Both the position numbers and the translations under genes were made by a program. Under the pieces are notes generated by a model. The model had not been told where the DNA came from and ran no database searches. It saw only the letters and a list, made by a program, of their open reading frames with translations. A stretch of DNA of 63,852 nt, filler included, from Thraustochytrium aureum (lineage: Eukaryota): NCBI GenBank assembly GCA_012862495.1. It is 5 parts of 3 records of this genome, joined end to end, with 100 filler letters (N's around TTAATTAATTAA, not from the genome) between each part and the next. Parts side by side here need not be neighbours in the genome. Positions count along the whole stretch, not along the records: positions 20,690 to 47,110 come from BLSG01000410.1; 4 more parts are not named here. The stretch is one strand, 5' to 3'. This document shows, piece by piece, positions 32,580 through 43,842 of this stretch. Position 1 is the first letter of the stretch. Each line of letters begins with the position of its first letter.

Positions 32580-33045
32580 GTAGCGCAAAGTATTGCAAAA
32601 AGTCAGCACAACGGCCTCGCGCAGGACGGAAATGGAGGGTAGTAAATCGACTGAATCACAGCAAGCGCGGCGCGCGACGGGCAGGGAAAACAAAGCCAGC
32701 ACAGAGCAAATGCAGAAAAAGCGACCAAATTCAAACCGTGCCAGCACAATCGTTCGGTGTCAGTCCTCAAGAGCTCACGCGGGGCCGAGCCGTGGCGCAC
32801 GTCCCGCCTCACCCAACGACAGAATGACAGGGATCGCGTCGTGTGAAATCGATATCAGTTGCCCCCGCTTCCAACTGTCTGGGCAAGCTCTGGGTTTCGG
32901 GCCAGCGAGTCATCCGTTTCTCCGGCGAGCGGCGAGCGCAAGGCGACCCACCCAACAAACAAAGCTAACCGCCCCTTTCGCCATCACGTGCAACAAACTA
33001 CCTTTCGCGTCGCCCATGACCCCGCCCAAATCCTGGCCGAAAGGC

Positions 33046-35060
33046 TTAGCCTTCCTCGAGAAGGTGCGCGGGCGGCTCGTCCGGCATTGTGCCCTTGTAC
33101 TCGGGAAACTGGTCGTAGTACGCCTTCCAGGCCTTCCACTGCTCGCGGGTGTACTTTTGCTGCTGGCCGCCGGCAGCGCCTGGCTGCGCCGTAGATTGGG
33201 CAGCACCAAACTGGCCGCCGCCGTAGGAAGCCTGCTGCTGCGCGCCGTACTGGCGTTGCGCAGCAGCTTGATACCCACCGCCGCCGCCGCCGCCCATACG
33301 CAGGCTGGGCTTGCTGGTAACCACCCGCCCCGTAGCCTGCGGGCGAGGCGGAAGCGCCGACGGGCGGCACGTACGGCGGCAGGCCGTTATTTTGGTGGTA
33401 GAGGTTGATCGCGTGGTCGATCTCTTCCCGGGCGCGCTGGCAACGGTCCGGGGCACCGATTAAGTGCACCGTGCGCAGCGGGTTGCCGGGCTGCGCTGGC
33501 TGCACCTGCACGTTGCAGCCTGACCTCTCTTGGATGATCCGGATCGACGCGCCTGCTTTGCCGATCACAATGCCAATCTTTTCCTGCGGCACTGCATACG
33601 CCTCGACGTTGGACGATGCCTGGTAGGCGGCAGGGTTGGGCCCCGAGCCACGCCCGCCCGCTCCGTAGCCGCCTCCGCCCATGCCGTAGCCGCCGCCAGC
33701 CCGGGGGGCATGCCATAGCCGCCCCAAACCCGCCAGCGCCGCCACGACCTCCTCCACCGCCGCCCATGCCGTACGCGCCGCCGCGACCGCCACCTTGGAA
33801 GAACGGCGTGCCGCTGTACGAGCCCGGCGCGGCAGACTCGGCAGCAATGGCGCGCTCGATTTCTNNNNNNNNNNNNNNNNNNNNNNNNNNNNNNNNNNNN
33901 NNNNNNNNNNNNNNNNNNNNNNNNNNNNNNNNNNNNNNNNNNNNNCGTCAATGTGGACGCCCGAGCGCGATTGAATTACCTTGATCGTGCCGCCGCCGCG
34001 CCCGATAACCAGCCCTACGCGGTCGTTCGGAACGTCGAGGTAGAACTCGAGCCGCCCGTCTGGGAGCGGCACACCTTGCTGCTGCGGGGGGATAACGAGG
34101 CCAGCCGGGCTGGGGCCCATCGACCCCGCCATTGAATAAGCTGCCCCACCGGCCGGCGGGGGGCCCGCAGGAGGCGGGCCGCCTATCGACCACCAGGATC
34201 AGCGGCAGCGAATGCTTGCGCTGGGCGGAGGCCCGGACGGAGGCGCTCCCCCGCCCATGCCGCCCGGCTGTGCGCCGTGCCCGTGGCCACCGCCTCGGCT
34301 CGCCATTTTTTCGCGGTGCACGTTTTCCTTCTCGTCGACTAGTTTCTGGACCATGTCTGATGCCGCCCCCACAGCGGCCTCGGATCCGCGAATGTGAATC
34401 GTTCGATACGACTCGCTTAGGTCTTCTGGGTCGTGGACCTGAATATTCGTACCGGTGCGGTCCTTGATCTCGCGCAGGTTTTCCCCGCCGCGCCCAATGA
34501 CCAGCCCGATCACCTCGCGGTTGACTTTGATGTCGCGGATGTGGATGTTTGGGTCGTCGATTGTGGCGCCGGGGCCGCTTCCGACCGTTGTCGTCTGCCG
34601 TCGTTTCAGCGAGCCGGCGTGGGCGGGGTCGAACAAGATTCCACGCACGAGCTCCTCGGCGCGCTTGACCTCGTCCTCGCGCTCGGAGAGAATGAGCACG
34701 TGCAGGTCCTGTCCTCTTCGCCGGTGCCGTCTTGGTGCTGCCGCGTCCGCGCAGCTCGATACGGGCTCCAGACTGCTCCTCCAGCCTGCGGTGGTTGCTT
34801 CCGTCCTTGCCCATCAGCATCTCCACCAAGTTGATGTCGTCGCCCTCTGTCTTGGGCACGTACACCTTTTTGCGAATCTCGACAACGGCAGCCGGCTGGC
34901 TCCTCGCCTCTTCGCCGGCCGCGGCCGCCAGCTTGGCGGCAATCTGCCTGGCGCGCTCCGCCTTGCTGATCTCCTCGGCGCCATTCTCCTCGTCGCGCGT
35001 CCGCTTGCGGGACTCGGCGGCGGCGCCGTCGGCGCCGTCGACGTCGGCCTTGTCGCCCAT
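33046..35060 (-). CDS. Multi-KH-domain RNA-binding protein (FUBP/KHSRP-like); several frameshifts and a gap
   Basis: An SF1-like KH (LMGKDG...IELRGRGS) plus three GxxG KH repeats (IGLVIGRGGENLREI, VGLVIGRGGGTIKVI, IGIVIGKAGASIRII). FUBP-like tail YTREQWKAWKAYY. Confidence 0.85.
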
Positions 35061-36060
35061 CCCGGCCGACAAAAAAATCAAAAACCAAGCGAACCGCGCG
35101 CGAGCGGTGGCGAAGCGGGCGGCAAACGCGGGCGAGAACGCCACCGGACGCCAACCAACCCGATCGTCGCGGCAAAGGACGCGCGTAACGCAGTGCAGCT
35201 CGCGCGCCGCCCGTCGATGGATGCTTGCGTGGATGGTTGGTTGGATGGGGCTCTGCCTGCGCGCTTCGCGACTTGTTTTTGTGAAAATCGATTTTATTCG
35301 ATTGATTGGCCATCGTGTTGTTCTGATTGTTCGTTTGCTCTGACCCTAACCTAACTAGCCTAACCTGTTCTTGATTGAAAAACATTTCCGTTCCGAACCG
35401 GAGGTGAATTCATTTCATCTCCTAAAGGAGGCCGCGAATGCCTTCTTGCAGGCTTCGCCAGGCTGCGTAGCTTTGGCTGTTTCATGATCTGCGGGTGGTC
35501 GTCGACAGGTTTGTCGCGTCGCGAGCGGAAGGCCATCGTCAGGCTCTTCTCCAACTTTGACTCTGCTCGCACCAACCGCGCTTGTTCTGTTGAAAGCAAA
35601 ACGCAGGTAGCGCCGCACTGCTTCGCGGAGCTGAAAGGAACAGCAGACATGCAGATGACGAGATGCCTGCCGTCCTGCCTTTCGAGTTTTAATGCCACTG
35701 CTAGAAAGGGCTCGCTCGCCAGCGGCTTGTGCCTTCGCAAGCTTCGCGCGAAAAATAGCTGGGCCTACGACCACTGCACGGAGGCCTCGTGCCATGCAAA
35801 TCAGCACCGCAAGGCTGTCAAATTTGGCGACTAGTGGCGAAGTGGCCACGGCGACTGGAGGTCGTTCACAGCGCCAAGCCAAAGCGCTGCGAGGAGAGCG
35901 CGAAACGAGGGCAGGAGACGAAAGCTTACAACATGCGCGGTCGGCTTTACAATTCATGGATAGATGCATGGTGGAAGCCGACAGCGAGCAGCGCAGCGCT
36001 GGCGCGACCTGCGGTGATGACCGAACTGGACGACCGCAGATTTGAGCGAGGCTGGCACGA

Positions 36061-37797
36061 TCAGCCCAGGCATCGATACGGTGCGAACATGAGAACGCCG
36101 GCAAGAAGGCAGAGGCCCAGTCCTTTGAGAATGGTTCTCTTGCTCGAGATTGAGGCGGCCTTGTTGCAGAGTTCCTTGTCAACGACAGCGAAGCGACGGT
36201 ATAGCTTGTCCGACTTGAACTCACTCTCAACCGACGGGTCGAGCTCAGAGACGAGGCTCAGCACACAGTTGTGAAGCCAACCAATCCGGCGGTAGGCGTT
36301 TGCGCGTCTTCGCATGGCGATTGGGTTCGCACCTTTGTACACGTACAAAGGATTCTCGTCTCGCAGCGGTATGCGGACAAAAGGGACGTGAACGAGCGGG
36401 TTCGACACAAAGAGAGCGAGCAAGCCCCCCAGGAAGTCAGCAAGAGTAGGAGCGCCCGCGGCGTTTCGGTCGCGCGGAACCTTGACGCGGTACCCGAGGA
36501 CGTCGAGGTCTTGCTTGAGCCGCGCAAACCCGTCCTGCAGTTCCTGACTCTCGACAGACTCGACAGAGTTGTTCATGTACTTTCGCTTGAAGTCGACGTA
36601 GCTGAGGATTGAAAACTTGTTGGTCGGGTCGCTGCACATTACCTGTGAAATGCCGACGATATCCATCGCATACAGCGAGAGACAGCCAGGGTACACCGTG
36701 GTCGCGCAGTCTGCGAACGCGGCCCGTCCTATCCAGTCCTCAACCCACCTCCGCAAACCCACGCTCTCCTCAAAGACTTTCTCTTTGCGAAGGTCGACGT
36801 ACGCTTCAGACATGGCGCGGTCAACCGACTCCACAGCGCTCTGTTTGTTGTCAAACTTGCGGTCCTCTTCTCGCATGAGCTGCAGCCATGCGAGAAACTC
36901 GCCGAACTGAAATAGCGTCGTCAGGATGGGGTCTCTGATGGGATCTTTGGCGGGATCTTTGATGGGATCTCCGACTTCGAGAAGGTAGCAGTACTCCACG
37001 ATGGACTTGAGGCGCTTTGTGAGCTCGAACCCCGTCTCCGCCACCTTGTACTTGATTTGCATACTGAGCTGGTAGTTTGCCTGCGAGGAGAAGAGCGGGA
37101 GGAGAACCGGCTCGCCCGCGAAGCCGCTGTCGAAAGGGCCTGGCATGTGGCGTTTTAGCTTGCACTCGTCAGATTTGGCCACTTCAATGATTGCCGACAG
37201 AAATGCCCTGTGGACCAGCTTGCGGCGCTTTTCGGAATTATCCTCATCGAGAGGCGCACACGTTGTCCACTGGTCCTTCTGAACAAGTTTGCTGCAGAAG
37301 TGCCTGCTGAATTCACAGGCGGTTTCGTCGTCCACCTCTGCTTTCCAGGCGGCGATGCAAAGGTCGTCAGGTGTTTCGCTCGTTCTGACTCGACGCCGCT
37401 CGGCGAGCACTGCTGCTGCGAGCGGCTCTGACGTGCACGCGCTGAGAATGAGCACTTTCAGGTTAGGGACACGCGCAAGCAAACTCGCGACGACACGGGT
37501 GCGCGGGAATACGCCCGTTTTCGTTGACCCGCCACTGAATTCGAGCCCCTTCTCTTCGCCATGGCCTGCGAGCACCAACACTTCAATGTTGTTCATTTCG
37601 TCCTTAAGGCCTTGCTCGAAAGCCTTGACGACGTCGCTCCAGGTCTTGATTTCACCTTGTCCATCAACCAGTTTCCTCCGCCCTGCTTTGGGCAGGGACT
37701 TGCTGATCCCTTCCTTCTCACGCCCGAAATCCAACTGTGTCGGCCCGCATACGCCGACATAGGCCCACCACAGTGTATCGTCGCCGCTTGGCCCCAT
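36061..37797 (-). CDS. CHAT (caspase/HetF-like) protease domain + uncharacterised helical domain + C-terminal hydrophobic helix
   Basis: LDFGREKEGI, VLVLAGHG (His), LKVLILSACTS (Cys) and WKAEVDDETACEFSRHF. C-terminal ILKGLGLCLLAGVLMF. Intact 578-aa ORF. Confidence 0.75.
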   Translation of the reverse strand: MGPSGDDTLWWAYVGVCGPTQLDFGREKEGISKSLPKAGRRKLVDGQGEIKTWSDVVKAFEQGLKDEMNNIEVLVLAGHGEEKGLEFSGGSTKTGVFPRTRVVASLLARVPNLKVLILSACTSEPLAAAVLAERRRVRTSETPDDLCIAAWKAEVDDETACEFSRHFCSKLVQKDQWTTCAPLDEDNSEKRRKLVHRAFLSAIIEVAKSDECKLKRHMPGPFDSGFAGEPVLLPLFSSQANYQLSMQIKYKVAETGFELTKRLKSIVEYCYLLEVGDPIKDPAKDPIRDPILTTLFQFGEFLAWLQLMREEDRKFDNKQSAVESVDRAMSEAYVDLRKEKVFEESVGLRRWVEDWIGRAAFADCATTVYPGCLSLYAMDIVGISQVMCSDPTNKFSILSYVDFKRKYMNNSVESVESQELQDGFARLKQDLDVLGYRVKVPRDRNAAGAPTLADFLGGLLALFVSNPLVHVPFVRIPLRDENPLYVYKGANPIAMRRRANAYRRIGWLHNCVLSLVSELDPSVESEFKSDKLYRRFAVVDKELCNKAASISSKRTILKGLGLCLLAGVLMFAPYRCLG

Positions 37798-38578
37798 CCC
37801 GCGGCCAACTCGACCTCTTGCCGCGCCGGGCCGAGCCGCGCCTCGGGCGGTTGACGAGCTCGCGCAAAGCGCGCAGCCGAGGGCCTCCTCGGCCTGGCGC
37901 CGAGCTGCCAGTCCTTGTGCGCGCGAGTTCGACCGCCGTCGTTGACGCCCGAGCCGCCGGCGCGGACGCTCGTCGGCGTCGCAAGCGCACTTGCCTGATG
38001 AGGGCCTGCAGCTCTCGCGAACTTCATCTGGTCTGCGTCCGCTCGCGGAATCGCACGTGTTTGTTTCCTGTGCAAGGCGTTCGGACCCATGCGAGCGAGC
38101 GCCTTCATCCGGAGTACTTGGTCTTTACTCTGCTCTACAGTGTGGGCACTGCCTGCCTGCCTGCCTGCCCTGCGAGCTTTCACGCAATGTCGTCGCGCCG
38201 GCGAGGTCGCCTTGCGGGTGCGCCGAGGTGGGTTGCAAGAATCTCGCGAGTTGAGCTCCTGCTNNNNNNNNNNNNNNNNNNNNNNNNNNNNNNNNNNNNN
38301 NNNNNNNNNNNNNNNNNNNNNNNNNNNNNNNNNNNNNNNNNNNNNNNNNNNNNNNNNNNNNNNNNNNNNNNNNNNNNNNNNNNNNNNNNNNNNNNNNNNN
38401 NNNNNNNNNNNNNNNNNNNNNNNNNNNNNNNNNNNNNNNNNNNNNNNNNNNNNNNNNNNNCAATGAGCTGGTCACGGACTATCATTGGAGCCACGACGCG
38501 CCAGCAGACTACGAACCACGGCTCTTGTCCTCCACCCGGGCGCGCTAACAGAAGGGCGGGCAGCCCGAGGGGAAGATT

Positions 38579-41523
38579 ATGGCGACTCGGATGGGCGCCG
38601 TGCTGCTCGGCGGCGGCGCCTACGCGAGACGGCTACGGGCTACAAAAGCGGGCTGGAATATGGCCAGCAAGTCTTGGTTGGCCTCGGCTGCTGCTGGTAA
38701 CAGGTTTGGGAGCGCCGTCGGTTCGCTGAAGAGCACGGCGGTGCCAGCTGCGGAGAGTGTGATGGAAGCCATGCCCAACGTGCTCGCGTTTGACACAGAG
38801 TACACTGGGACGACCAAGACCTGGCCAAAAACCGCGGACGGGTTTGACAAGGAGAACATACGCATGGCTTCGATTGGATGGGCGCTGTTTGACCTCAAAG
38901 GAAACTTGGTCGAGGGGTATCCCGTACACAAACTGTTCCGGCCGATCAACGGGTTTGCGATAACAAAGCGGGTTTCCGAGATTCATAAAATCGAGCAGAG
39001 CTTTGCCCTCGAGCACGGCGAGCCGGCCAAGGATGTGCTCGACCACTTCTTTCGCGACCTGGACATCGTCCTCCAGAACAACGGCAACGCCGTGGGGCAC
39101 AACGTTGGCGGTGACGTAGCGCTCGTCTTTGCCGAGGTCAGACGGGTCATGAACGACGTCGGCATCGACGCTTTGCCCGAGACCTGGCGCACCGGCTGCA
39201 AAGCGCTGGCCGAAAGCACCTTGTGCACGAATGAGAGCAATCGCACCAAGCTGAGCACCCTGTTTCAGAAGATTGTCTCGCATTTCACGGAGGACTCTGG
39301 CGTCGAGCAGCCGTTGCAACTCTCCTCGGCGGAGGCCTCCACGCTCGTTGACGGCTGGCATAATGCCGGCGCAGACGCGGCCATGACGGGATTCGTTCAC
39401 CTGGCCCTGGCGCGAACCACTGGGATCCCCCACAGGAGCAAGTCTTTGCCGTCTGACCCATTCAGCGAGGCCGCCCAAGCCGGCGCCGGGAACCCGCAAG
39501 ATGGCGCTGCCGAGGCTGCATTCAGGGCCCCGTCGCAAGGTGCCGCAGCTGACCTCGCGCTCGGCGAACCGGTCGCGGCGCCGCGCGGTTCTCCCAAGGC
39601 GACCGTCGGCCCTCGCAGCCCGCCCTCCACGCTTGACCGCGAACCCGCAGCCTTGGCGCTGTCTCTCCAGGTTGGTCAGGGCGGGGCGTTTTACACGTTC
39701 GACCGCGTTGTGGACTCGAGCATGGCCGTAACCGCCGTCAACTGGGCGCTATTTGACGAGTCTGGCGCTATTTTGGCTGGCTACCCAGCCTCAATGGTCG
39801 TCGAGTGCTCTGACGAGGAGCTCTTGGGGGTCTACGAGGGCCAGTTCTCGCAGCTGTCGCACGCCGACATCAAGGCCCACGGCGTTCCTGCCAGCGCAGT
39901 CCTGGAGGCGCTCGGCCGCGACATCGACCACATCGCTGCAAACAACGGGGTGGTTGTCTCGTATCTGCCTGTTGTGGATGTGGCTCTCCTCCACAAGCTC
40001 GCGCTCCAGGCCGGGAGCGACTCTGTGTCGTGGGCAGAGCGCGAGGCCGTGTTGATGGCCAAATCGCGAGGGCTGGCCGAAGCAAGCGCCAAGCTCAACA
40101 AGCTGCTCAACGGGACCCAGAGGTACATGAAGCGCAATGAACTGTACGAGGCCTTGGAGGACAATATGAATTGCGCGGATCTCATGGTCCAGGCAGGCGC
40201 CTACGAAACGTGTGGGTTCGGCGCCGAGGAGGCGTCCAGGTTTGGCGCAGCGTACTTTGGTCTCCGCGACGTGTTCGAGATCACCACGCCCCCGTTCAGT
40301 TTGCTTCGCGCAACGCCGCTGCTGCCTCTGACGCGTCGCTTCCCGTGCTTGGGGCGGACGCCAAGCCGGTGCTCGTGAGCGTCAACGTCTCCACTATCGG
40401 CAAGGTGCCCTTTCTTGCGTCTCAGGAAGCCTATGCAGCAATCGACGCCCGGGTCCGGGCAGTGTCCTGGTGCCTTTTTGACGCCAGCGGCGCACGCCTC
40501 GACGGCTACCCGTTCACCGCTCTCCTAGAGGGGTGCTCCAAGCCGAAACGGCTCGAGCTCCTCGCGGGCTTTGCTCGCGACGTGAGCGCTGTTCGCGCCG
40601 CGCGGGGGCAAGCCGCAGCGCATGTGCCTGACCGCGAGCTTGCAATCCTGTTCAACGAGCTCGCGCTGGCGATTGAAGAGTGCTCCGAGGAGCCAGACTC
40701 GGCGGCCAGCTTTGAGGATGTCGGAGTTTGGCTGGCCGAAAACACCGCAAGCGTTTGCCAAAGCGGAGCCCGGCTCACGAACGGCAAGTTCCCGACGCGC
40801 GTGGACCTTGCCGCCAATCTCGACAACCACCCAGATGTCAGGGACTTGATGAGGCGCGGCGACGCCGCTGGGATAGACCAAATGGGCACTATGGCGGCTC
40901 GCACCGGCTCGTCTGCGCTCGCCCTGGCAGTTCTTCTGGGACCGCTTGAGCCGGTGACGGGCATGCGCTTCAGCCGCGCAGCGTCACTAGAAGACGAAGA
41001 GGATGGATCCGACGAGGACGACGAGCAAACCCAAGAGAGCATCGCCAGGGGTTCCGCGATGGGCTGGACCAAGCCACTTTCGCGGCAGGCCCTGCGCACC
41101 CGTCAGGATGCCATTTCTGCGATCCGCACAGCGTCAAACCTTGGCTATTGCGGGCGGGAGAGTGGAGAGCTTTGCTTCGAGCGCGCTGACGCGGTTCTCG
41201 TCGACAGTTGGGGCAACCAGTTGCGCAGCGCCCCGCGCACTGGTTACGAGGCGCGCTTGTACATCTCCTTCGCGTACGACCCAGAGGTGATCGCGTTCGT
41301 CAAGAAGCGGCTTGAGGCGCGCTTCGACCCTGCTGTCAAGCGCTGGTTCGTTCCGCTGTCTGTTGGCCCCACTTTTGGGCAGGAAGGCGCAGACCCGCGC
41401 AGCATGCTCTTCGGGGCGCGCGGGACGCTTGGCGAGATCGTCGATGCCGTCAAGTCCAACGCGTTGGTCACAGACAAAGCAACGCTCTACCTTCAGGACC
41501 TCGCGCCACTTGGAAGCAGCTGA
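38579..41523 (+). CDS. DEDDh (DnaQ-like) 3'-5' exonuclease with three tandem domains and a predicted mitochondrial presequence; frameshift near 40300
   Basis: Domain 1 has AFDTEYTG, GHNVGGD and WHNAGAD. The motif W.LFD..G....GYP occurs three times. C-terminal RLYISFAYDP...ARFDPAVKRWFVP. Confidence 0.8.
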
Positions 41524-43745
41524 GCAAAGGCGCTTGCCAACCGCAAAGACCAAGCTCGCCGAACACGAACAAGCAGGCGTCATCATAGTCCAGCACAAAA
41601 CTCCTTTTCCCTTTGTGGCCAAGTTGGCCCTCGCGCAGCCGCTTGCACGGTCACCTGAAAGCGCGTTTCATCCTTGTCTCGCGCACTTGCGCTGGCGATG
41701 GGGAACTCTAGCTAGAGCGGGGCGCTCTTGCCGACCGACCGCGCGGCTTTTCCATGAAATCCTGGACGCCGAAGCAACGACGAGGTCTGGCGGGACGAAG
41801 CTGCAGCTGCCTAGCTCAAACTTTGAGTCCGGTGCGCGGCGGCTGTCAACATACTTTGTGGAGTGCTCGAGTGTCGCACGAGCCCTGTGCGCAAGAGTCG
41901 CTTTGTATCCTCTTTCAAACGGTGGCGCCTTCCTGCTTGCTGTGATCGAGGCCACTCGCGACTGGGTCTCGCAGGAACAGCCTAGTTTTGGTCCGTCTGT
42001 ATTCCCTGACGCAACTCTTTCAATCCGCAGGTGCAATCGACACAAGTCAGCCATGGACGTAGGTAATGCGCCAACGGCGGAGATCTATCAGGTCATGTCC
42101 AGGATTTCGGTTGTGCTTCATGCGACCTTTAGGGTGTCTCTTCAGCGCAGCTTCTGTCGCGCGCAATCGTGCCCCGATTCGGGCTGCCTCCACCTCTGCC
42201 ACCGACTCCCACGTCGCGAGGTTTGGGGTAGTGTCAACCATGCCTTGTTCGCGTCGCACGTTTTGAGGCACTTGGCGTCGCGCTGCTGCCTTTGGAGAAT
42301 GCTCCTTGCCCACGAGGATTTTTAAACGAAGACAATGCCGCGCATGCGCACCGTGCGGGTTGCCCACACATGTCCAGCGAAATGCCGGGCATGAGTTTCC
42401 AGCTCGCGTGTCTGGTCGCGTTGCTCGATTTCAAGATCAAAGGAGAGGAGCAGCACTACAGTTGCAGTTGCATAGCGGCGGAAAGAGAGAAGAGAACCTC
42501 AGAGTTGGTCTATACAGATCCTCAGGGTGCCGCCGCCTCTACGGGGCAGGCTCCGACAAAAACTGTCAGCTGGCACGCCAAAACTATCTACAGGATAAGC
42601 TCTCTGTTGATGCACGTCATGACGGTCATCACCCTCGCAAGCTTGGAGCTCAGCAGGCCCGAAAGCAGGCCGGCCTCGCCGCTGGCCGCAGCCCCGACGC
42701 CCTCAACCTGCCGCTTCACGCGCTGCACAGTCTCCCTCGCGCCAGCGGCCGCCTCCGCCCCGGGGCGTTCTTCTGCGCCACCTTCGCGGCGGCAGCCTCG
42801 GTGGAGCACATCCTCGAGGCGGCCAGCGCTCGCCCGGCGCGCAGGCCGTTGCAAGTCCCGTGGCGCGCCGCGCCGCGCGCANNNNNNNNNNNNNNNNNNN
42901 NNNNNNNNNNNNNNNNNNNNNNNNNNNNNNNNNNNNNNNNNNNNNNNNNNNNNNNNNNNNNNNNNNNNNNNNNNNNNNNNNNNNNNNNNNNNNNNNNNNN
43001 NNNNNNNNNNNNNNNNNNNNNNNNNNNNNNNNNNNNNNNNNNNNNNNNNNNNNNNNNNNNNNNNNNNNNNNNNNNNNNNNNNNNNNNNNNNNNNNNNNNN
43101 NNNNNNNNNNNNNNNNNNNNNNNNNNNNNNNNNNNNNNNNNNNNNNNNNNNNNNNNNNNNNNNNNNNNNNNNNNNNNNNNNNNNNNNNNNNNNNNNNNNN
43201 NNNNNNNNNNNNNNNNNNNNNNNNNNNNNNNNNNNNNNNNNNNNNNNNNNNNNNNNNNNNNNNNNNNNNNNNNNNNNNNNNNNNNNNNNNNNNNNNNNNN
43301 NNNNNNNNNNNNNNNNNNNNNNNNNNNNNNNNNNNNNNNNNNNNNNNNNNNNNNNNNNNNNNNNNNNNNNNNNNNNNNNNNNNNNNNNNNNNNNNNNNNN
43401 NNNNNNNNNNNNNNNNNNNNNNNNNNNNNNNNNNNNNNNNNNNNNNNNNNNNNNNNNNNNNNNNNNNNNNNNNNNNNNNNNNNNNNNNNNNNNNNNNNNN
43501 NNNNNNNNNNNNNNNNNNNNNNNNNNNNNNNNNNNNNNNNNNNNNNNNNNNNNNNNNNNNNNNNNNNNNNNNNNNNNNNNNNNNNNNNNNNNNNNNNNNN
43601 NNNNNNNNNNNNNNNNNNNNNNNNNNNNNNNNNNNNNNNNNNNNNNNNNNNNNNNNNNNNNNNNNNNNNNNNNNNNNNNNNNNNNNNNNNNNNNNNNNNN
43701 NNNNNNNNNNNNNNNNNNNNNNNNNNNNNNNNNNNNNNNNNNNNN

Positions 43746-43835
<90 letters not shown>
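43746..43835. repeat. (TTGC)n microsatellite, at least 22 units, abutting a gap
   Basis: Perfect tetranucleotide array seen directly. Confidence 0.98.
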
Positions 43836-43842
43836 CGGCCCT

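Noticed and set aside
36927..36972. 12-bp coding micro-repeats (DPIK/DPAK/DPIR; also KAPT/KAPS at 1581-1618)
   Set aside because: Ordinary in-frame slippage in linker regions.
41312..42600. 337-aa ORF and neighbouring ORFs downstream of the exonuclease
   Set aside because: No recognisable motif and atypical composition, so not supportable as genes.
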